Shown: one piece after another, positions 53,501-62,500 of the stretch
Position numbering within the stretch: the first letter of the stretch is position 1
Layout: every line of letters starts with the position of its first letter
Origin: an uncultured virus (IMG/VR IMGVR_UViG_3300044641_006340)
Lineage: Duplodnaviria; Heunggongvirae; Uroviricota; Caudoviricetes
IMG/VR virus record: IMGVR_UViG_3300044641_006340
Direction: 5' to 3' (one strand)
DNA: 64,000 nucleotides
Program-made: the position numbers and the translations under genes
Notes under the pieces: generated by a model
Seen by the model: the letters and a program-made list of their open reading frames with translations, nothing else
What the model was told of the DNA's origin: nothing
The model's database searches: none

Positions 53501-56500
53501 AAATCCATATAAATTTTTGCCTAAAGTTGTTGCAATATTATTACCCTTTAATGTTCCCACATCAAGGAGATTAACCCACATAGCCTTAGCTCGACTATTA
53601 TTAAGTTCTATGCCAGCTATAACAGCGTCCCCAGCTTCTGCTAATTTAGATGTTAAAGTTCTTTGAACATCTATATTTTTTATACCATTATTTAATTTTT
53701 CAAATAATTTTTGACTATCGCTAAGTGCTGTTTCTACTTTGTTTTGCTGTAAAGTTTTCTCAAATGTTATGACAGCATTATGAGAATCTATAAAAGCTTG
53801 ACCAACAGCAGCTGCTGCTGTGGCAACAAAACCGAATCCTCCCAAAAGCTTAGACATTGCTGGACTAAGACTACTTCCTAACATATCTCGAATACCGCCA
53901 GTAAGCATGGCTCCTGTTGCTAGTCCGCTTACTCCGCCTTGAATGGCTCCGGCTGTGGCAGCATTAGAGGCGCTAGAACTAGCATTTATTTGTTGAGCCA
54001 ATAATGACCCTAGACCTTGTAGTCCAAAAGACAAACCCAACATTCCTCCAAAATTACCTCTCTGATCACCACCAGGAGCTTGCTGGCCTCTTTGTCTAGC
54101 TAGATTATTAACAATATCTCTTCGAGTACGAATTTCTTCTTCAACAGACTGTCTCATTTGCCTTTGTTGAGCTCTACTAGCTGTTGTATATTCAGTGCTA
54201 TTCCTTAATTGCTGTCTTAGTTGTTGATCCATTTGTCTTAATACGCGAGGATCTCCCATGCTTTGACGAACAAATCTTTGAGCATCGTCCCCTGTTAGAC
54301 CAGCTGCTCTTAAATTGACACCAGATGCTCTGGAAGCTCTTTCGTATGACGCTCTGCTTATGGCTCCAGCATTTTCTTGTAGTCTAGTATCAATGTCTTC
54401 CTGACTCATTCCTCTACGAGCTAGTCTATTTCTCATTCTTTCTGTGGCTGTGTTCCTGATTGTTTCAGCATTGGACTCTATTGCCTGTAATTGATTTCCA
54501 GATAATCCTCCCAAAGTACGTCTAGTTTCAATATCTTGTCTAGCTTGATTTCTAATATTAGCTAATTGATTTTCAGCATTAGCAATCTGCTCTGCTGTAG
54601 CACCAGCCAATCTTGCTCGTCGAATATCAGCTTCTGTTGCTCGTATAGCTTGTTGATATGTTGCCTGCGTGCCACTCTGAATAATTCGAGCAGAATCACT
54701 TGATCTAACACCTAATGTTTGTAAAACTCCAGCAAGATTTTCTAATTCAGATGTAACAGAATCCATTACTCCAACGACTGCCAAAGCTTGATTATAATTA
54801 ACATTAACATTAGGTAATGCTCTAGGAGCTCCTCCAAAAGCAAATCTCTGAACAGCTCCGCCCCTATTAAATCCTAAAGCTTTGGTGGCCGCTGCTCTTA
54901 TAACAAATCCCCCAACTGGTAATCCTACTGGACCAATACTGTCACTAGTGCCGCTACCCGGCCCCTTAAATAAACTAATACCGCCCTCACTAAACCGCCC
55001 CATACCGTTGCGGTCTGCTTGGTTCATTCGGTTAAGCGTAGAATATCCAATCTTTCTTGCTGTTTCTGGTGGTACAAAAGCTTCTCCATTGCTAACCAAT
55101 GCTGGTACCGTATTTGCAGAATATCCGCCACCAGCAAATTTAACATTACCGCCCGCAGCATATTTTTGTCTTTGAATTCCAGCGCTGCCTAATAGCTCCG
55201 TTAAGGTAGAATCCAAAATCCCTTGTAAATGTTGATCAAGCTGAGGAGCCTTTTCTATTAAAGTTGTTAAGAATTCTTCTTTACCATTATCTTCCATTCT
55301 ATTGATCTTCTCTTGAGTCATTCCAAACTTGTCGCCTGCTTGAAGCAAAGCTTTATTCACTTGAGGATTTATGGGTCTATACTCTCTGGCTCTTTTAGCT
55401 GTTGTGCTTTGATTGCTTAAGCTGGCAAGATTTTTTGTTATATCTTCAGGAATTGGAGTAGCGCCCCTAGAAGAATCACCAACTTGACGATAATAACTTA
55501 ATAGTATTTGACTTAAGTTGTTTGATTTATAACTCCTACCATAAACAACATCAGCACTAGAATATCCACCACCCGATGTTAAAGAATCAAAAGCGTCTGC
55601 TAGATCATCATTATCTCCAGAAAATAAAGATGCTACTTTAGTTCTATATTTATTAAAGCTTTCTTCTGATCTTGTTCTTAGTCCTTGAAATAGTTGATGT
55701 GTCATTTCATGATACAGGGTGCTGTTCTTGGTATCGCTAGAATAGCCCATAGAAGGAGCAAAACTAATAGTTCCTCGACCAGTAGCTGACGAAACAGTAT
55801 TTTGCTCAGCAAGTGCTGCTTTCTCTGCTTCGCGTTTTAGGTCTTTTAATCTAAAGAATCTATTTTTAAGACTATCTAATTCAATATTAGCTTTCTGAAA
55901 TGCGTCTCTATCAAAAGAGAAACTACCATCGTCAAAAGTTTCAGTCGGTGTTTTTGTAATCTTCTTAATTTCTTTTTGTTTTGCTTCTATAAGCTTTTCT
56001 AGTCCATAAGCTTCTTGTTTTTGTTTTTCTCCATATCCAGATTTAGATATATCATAACCTTCATATGGCCTAATTCCAGTTGCTCCTTTCTCAAATTGAG
56101 CAGCAGCAAACATACCTAATCCACCACCTCTTTGGCTTGCTCCAAAATCAAGTTGTAGTGGGAGGGCTGTTGTTAAATCTTCTTGGGGCAGTCCTACGAA
56201 CTTGGCAAAATCTGACATTCTTTCAAATAGTGAGTCACGACTAATTTTTTCTTTGAATGATGCGATGAATCTGTTTCTATCAAATGGCTGCTGGAAAGAC
56301 TCTTTTACTTTTTCATCGTCAATTATTATTCTTTCGTCTTTAGGATTTCTGTCCCATGCTAATTTGGCTCTTAATCTTTCACCAGCTGAATGTTGTTCTT
56401 CGGCATATTTTTTTGATATTCTTGATGGAAACTCGGTTTCTCCAGTTCCAAAAACTTCTTTTGGTTTTCTTGTTTTGGTTGCTACTCCACCGGCCATAAA

Positions 56501-59500
56501 GCTTTGAACAGCTCCACCTCTAGCATATCTTTCTATCATGTTGGCTTGTGCTGTCCAAGTGCCATCGCTATTCGGGTCAGACAATTTAACGGACCCGTCT
56601 TTGTTAATGCCGAGCACAGTATAAGCGGGATCATCTTCGCGATCTAATCCCCACTCTTCGAGAGAGCGTACTTTATCGCCAACCTTGAAAGCTATTTTTT
56701 TAGCTGCTCCACCGGCCATAAAGCTTTGAACAGCTCCACCATTATTAAAGCCTTTAACATTTTTAAGATAAGTAACAATATTATCTTTTATGGTTGATGG
56801 ACCAGCTAATGTTCTCTTAACGTCAGTTGGTATCTTAGGGGGTAGTTTGGGGTCGAATTTTTGTGAGACTTTACCCAACCCATTCATAAAATCAAATCCA
56901 TTACCCTTTGGCGATCCTACTGCTCCTAATCTTCTTATAAATGCTTCTAATAAATTACCTTTAAGTGACTCTATATTTTCTAATGATTGTGTATTTTCTT
57001 TTAATTTCTTAACTCCTCTATATCTATAAACATCTATTCCTTCATCAGCTCTTTTTCTAGCGGCAGCTATGTTTCTTTTGTCATCGTCAACAAAAATAGA
57101 TCCTGGAGTTAATTCTGCAGCTTTTAGCTTAGCTATATCTGATCCTGAAATGGTTGGTCCGCCCAGCCCCTTAAACTGACTATCTGGTATTGGTAAGCCT
57201 TTGCTACTTAACCATGTTTGAATTAAAGGAAGCGTTACTTTTGGTCTAGCTGTTATGACTCGTATGTTTTTTAATAAATCTGGTTTTTTAGCCACTAAAG
57301 AAGCTAACCGACGACCTAGTACGCTTAGTTTAGCTTTGCTCAGAGCCTCGGTTACTTTGGTAGTATCAGAAAATTCACTAAATCTTGGTTGTTTTGGATC
57401 TGCTAAAATTTTGTCAGCACCAAAGGCTAATGTTCTGTCAAAGTCTAAGTTCAATTCTCTGCCAGACTCAAGTCCTCCCAATATGGTTGCAGCTTTTTTC
57501 TTTTGAGCAACCATTTCCGCTCTTTTTTCCTTTTGAGCTTGTTGCATTGGTATTGTGTCAACAGCCTTATCAAAACTAGCATCTATGCTACTTGCTCTTT
57601 TTTGATTTTTATATACTCCACTATAAATACTGACAGTATGTTGTTTATTTGGGTCTTTTAATCTACTGTCTTGTATAGTTTGAATTACTGGTTGGGTTGC
57701 AAAGGCACTTCCAAATAATCCAGCGGCACCAAATACTAGTCCTTTAGCCGTTGCCTTATTTTGTTTTCTTGTTTGGCTAGCTGCCGCTTTACTTGCTAGT
57801 GCTGTTTTTTGTTTGGTAAATTCTGCTAGAATAGCAGCTTTACTTGCTGCTTGTTGTGGAGTTGGTGTTCGTTTATTTAATGTTGTATATACATCTGTTG
57901 AACTAATGCCTCCAGCAGCAGCTGCTCTTTGTAATCCTAATAATTTAATAATTTCTCCGACTGAAGCTTTCGTGGACGTGGTTACATCGGATTCTTCTGC
58001 TACTCCACCAGCCATAAGTCGTTGAACTCGGCCTCCTGAGTTGAGCATTTGAGCCTGAATATCTAATTTAGTTTTTTCAAAGAACTGATCATTAAGATAG
58101 TCTTCATAAGAATCTGCAAATTTCTTCTTTTTGCCGGGTTTGATGGTTTCTTTAAAATCTTCACCGACAAAACCACTAACTTTATTAAGTTTGAATTTTA
58201 CACCCGGAGGTAAAATAAACTCTCTCTCACTATCATATACGTCTAATTTTTTAGGATCTATTTTATTAAGACCACTAAGTCTTCTACTACTTTGTGGTTT
58301 TGAAGAAGACGTATCTGTTTTACCTTTAGCTTTTAGTAGATCTATAACCTTAGTTTTGGCATTGGCTGAGTCTATGTTCAACATAGCTCCTGGATTGCCA
58401 ACAAATCGCAAAGCCTGCTGTTTCTTGTCTGTTGTAGAAACGAAGGTTGGGAAATCTACATTTTTACCAGACATCGCTGTAAAAGCAACACCGCTTCTGT
58501 CCAATAGTTCATCAATAGAAACTCCAGTGTCTTTAATAATTTCTCTTAGTTGGCTGGGACCTAATCCGCTATAAAGTTTTTTAGGAGCTTTAAATTGAGT
58601 AGCAGCATTTAGTCTACCAACAACATCAGCCGTTTGATATTTACTCTCTCTATCCGAGAAAGTTTTTTTACCAGCAGCCATAGCCTTAATGAGTGGCCCA
58701 GAACCGCCCTGATAATAGATGATAGCATCTAATTGCTCTTGAGCGTCATATTGGGGTGTGGATTTTAGTCCAGCTCCTTTTTTTTCTTTTAGTTTAGCAA
58801 CTGTTTTTGTAGTTCTTTCTTGTAAGAATTTTTGTATGGCAGCGAGTCTTTCTTTAGCTTCTCGTTTGCCAACATCCTCATAGATTGCTCCGGTATTAAA
58901 TGTGCTAGCAGATCCTTTTCTTTCTCCAACATCCATCATCATAATACTAGATGATAATAACGACATTTCATCTCGTAAGATACTGTCTGGTTTTGTTTGC
59001 ATTCTTTGAACCCATCCACCATCCAAGAATTTTTGAATAGTCCCACCAGAAGACCTTCCCAGTCCTTCAAGTCTAGGAAGCATTCTGGCTGCTCTTCGTC
59101 CTAAGACCGCTTCGTCTATATCTCTCTGTTCTCTTAGATTTTTCACTCTTGTTGCAACATCAGTTGGTGTTTTTGCAGTAACCCGAGCTGGAAGTGTTGA
59201 TAGTTCAGCAAGGCTTGAGAAATATCTTCCTGCCCTTCCTTTTCCTTTTTGGGCATTTTCTTGAATTCTAGCAAGAATACTATCTAATAGTTTTGGTCTT
59301 TTCTGTAATGTAGCCATATGAGGCTTTAAATAAGCTATTCCTTCTGGAGTCAAAAGCCTTTCCATGGCTTCAAGATCATTACTCATAATGGCCGCTCTAG
59401 CATCAGTGCCACTAATTCCATTTCTGGCTATTTTTATTGGTTCGTAACCTTGTGAACGATTTCTCTCTATGGTAGAGTCTGGCTTATCATTTCCTATTAT

Positions 59501-62500
59501 GGCAAAATTACCAGTACTGTTTGGGACAATATAAGAATCTTCTTGTCCTTCAATTTTGAAAGCTTTGGGAAAAGCCCCAGGAGCAATTCCTTTTGGAGCA
59601 GCAGAGATATTAAATCCTTTCGATCCAAGTACCGCTTGAGCCATTCCTACTCTTGATGGTCCGCTAGATGATTTTTGAGGGAAAATAGCTGTTCTTTCTC
59701 TCTGATCATCTCGTGTAAATGGATCTATGGGAGTATTTCCAGCAACATATATTACGGTGTCTTCTGGACGAGTCTTAGCTTTCTTCGATCCTTTCATAAT
59801 CGCCTCAACATGACCAGATGTCATTGGCCCAACATTACCAGAAAAGACTGTTGTTTTTTCCGGGGTTCTTACGGTTGGAGCACCAATTCTTCTTCCGGTT
59901 GCAACATCAGTAGTTATCACTTTTTTGGGATCAACACCAGAAACTTCGGAAGCCGCTAGCCATGCTTCGTCTATTCCGGTATCAACTGGAGCACCGTCCG
60001 TAGCTCCGGGTCTACGATTAAATAATCCATAATTACGTCCAGATGGATCGGGTACTCCAGATTCTGATAGTCTGTCTCTGTCTTTTCTTCTGGACACAAC
60101 TGCTTCTTGACTAGCTTTAGATCTGCTAGAAAGATTTCGTATTCTATCAGATGCTCTTAAAGAGGTAGTATTTCGAGGACCCAGTACTGAAGTTGTATCA
60201 ATGACTTCATCTAATCCTTCTAAGTCACTGGGAACTCGTATGGCTCGTCTAGTTGTTTTACGTAGCCTGGCGTTATCTGCTTCTTGAGATCTTGCACCAC
60301 CGTAAGCCGCTGTAGTCTTACCACTTGCTGCAGCACCAAAAACTGTTCTTAGTCTTCGAATACCTCCAGATTTTCTTTTTTCTGCTACTAAATTAGACAT
60401 ATGAACTTTATATTCGTCGAGCTTAGTAATACCCATCATTTTCATTTGAGCAGCGACAACCGGGTCTTCTTTCCAGTCATCAGAATCAATAACTCCAACA
60501 GTGCGAATAACTGGTTTTACTTCTCCACCAACAGGAAATCTCTGAATAGATCCACCCATAGATCGTCTATTTATCAGGTCTATTGAACCTACTTTATATG
60601 CTCCTTCTTGTCGTTGTTGAACGCCTGCTCTCTTATCTTTTACTAATCTTTTCCATATAATATCAGCTCTATCAGAAAGAAATTGTTTCTTCTCTTCTGA
60701 GAGTAGAGACCATATATCGGTGGTCAAAGATGAAAGATCAGAGTCGTGTATTACAGTTTGCTTTGGTATTTTTGCAGAGATAGTGTTAGCAAAATTCTGT
60801 GGACTATTTACTAGGTCTGTAGACTTTATTCTATCAGCACCTCTTCTTTTACCATCAGATACCAGAAGTGCTGGATTTGCTTTGATCCAGCTAGCCAAAG
60901 CAGCACTAAACGCTCCTTGTCCGCTATCCCTCATTGCATTATTTGTTAATCTTGGAATACTTAGTAAAATTGGTGGCTTTTGATTAAGCCCAAGAGTATC
61001 GATAATATATTGTATCTGCGAGCTACTAGCGCTGCTCAAACTAGAGATATTTCCTTGTGCTATCTTCAGACTAGGAGCAAGCTGATTAGATTTTGTAGGA
61101 ATACCCCTTACTGCTGTCGGTCTATTTATATATTGTCTGAAATGCGTCGGTGTCATTGGCATTTCTGAGCCAAAATGAGCCAAAGCTAAGTTTTGGGGAG
61201 TAGGATTATTTGTCCATGATTCAAGAGCATTATCTGGTGGTGTTTTCTTATTTTTAGATTTTACGCTTTTTACTATTCCTGATTCATTGGTAGGATTTCT
61301 TTGGCTAAATCTTTGTATATCTGAGGAACTAGGAATAATGCCTCCACTATTTCTATTTAAAGAATAGAGATTACCAGCTCCAATACTCTTTACAGCGCTC
61401 TTTCTCATTACAAACTCACCTGGAGTTAAGCGAGCTGATACGGTATCTCTATCTCCGCTACCTGGAACCAAACCGCCGCTAGCAAAAGCATAAATTCTTC
61501 CGCCTTCTGCCGATCCTCTTGCTGCACGACCTCGTATACCCTGACCAAAACCACTAATATATTGAGTAGCAGTACTAATGCCTTTAAAAGCTGCAAACAT
61601 AGTCAATAAAGGAATAATACCTTTAGTAGCATCAGCAACCTTAATAAGAGCGCTAGCTAAGTCTAAACCTACCTTAACCATATTTTGAAAACTACTAGTT
61701 TCACCAATGCTACGAATAAGAGCAAGAAATTCTTCACGAACCTTTTGAATTTGAACGGCTAAAGCTAGTTGTCCTTTAGCAGCATCTGCCGCTAACGATC
61801 CTTGACCTTGTTGAGCAACGCTTAGAGCATCTTGCGCAGTAGCGAACTGTTGGATAAGAGGGAGTACTTTACCAATCTGTCTGAATCCTCCAAGCTCCTC
61901 AACAATTTGTGAGAATTTAAGATCTCGTGGATCTAGTCTTGATAAACCCTCACTTAAACGCTGAACAGCAACATAGGGACCTACGAATTTACCCTCAAGA
62001 TCAGTAAGAGTAACGCCAAATTCTTTGAGAGATTCAATAGTCTCTGCTCGTTGAACACGAGTAAAAATAGTTCTTAGGCCGGTAGCGATAGTTTCGGCGC
62101 TTTCGCGAGTAGTAGCTCGTATACTAGTAAATACAGCAATAAACTCGTTAAGAGCATCTGTACCAGTACTAACTCCTTTGCTGGCAGAAGCAAACACACC
62201 ACCAGTACGCTGAATAGCCGTAATAATATCACTAGCTTCTACAGCAAATTTAGCAGATACTGCGTTGACGCTGCCCAGAGCCATCTCTAATTGATTTGCT
62301 CCAATACCAAACTGTCTCATAAGAGCAATAGAACCTTCTACCGTCTGATTCATATCGTCAAAAGACGGAGCCAATGCGCTAAGAGCTAGAGCCCTAAGTG
62401 CCGTTGCAGTATCTTTTGCTGTTAAACCAGCCTGAGCTAATGTTACCGTAGTTTTGGTTAGTTCAGCCGAACTAGCACCTAATGTAGTAGATAAATTAGT

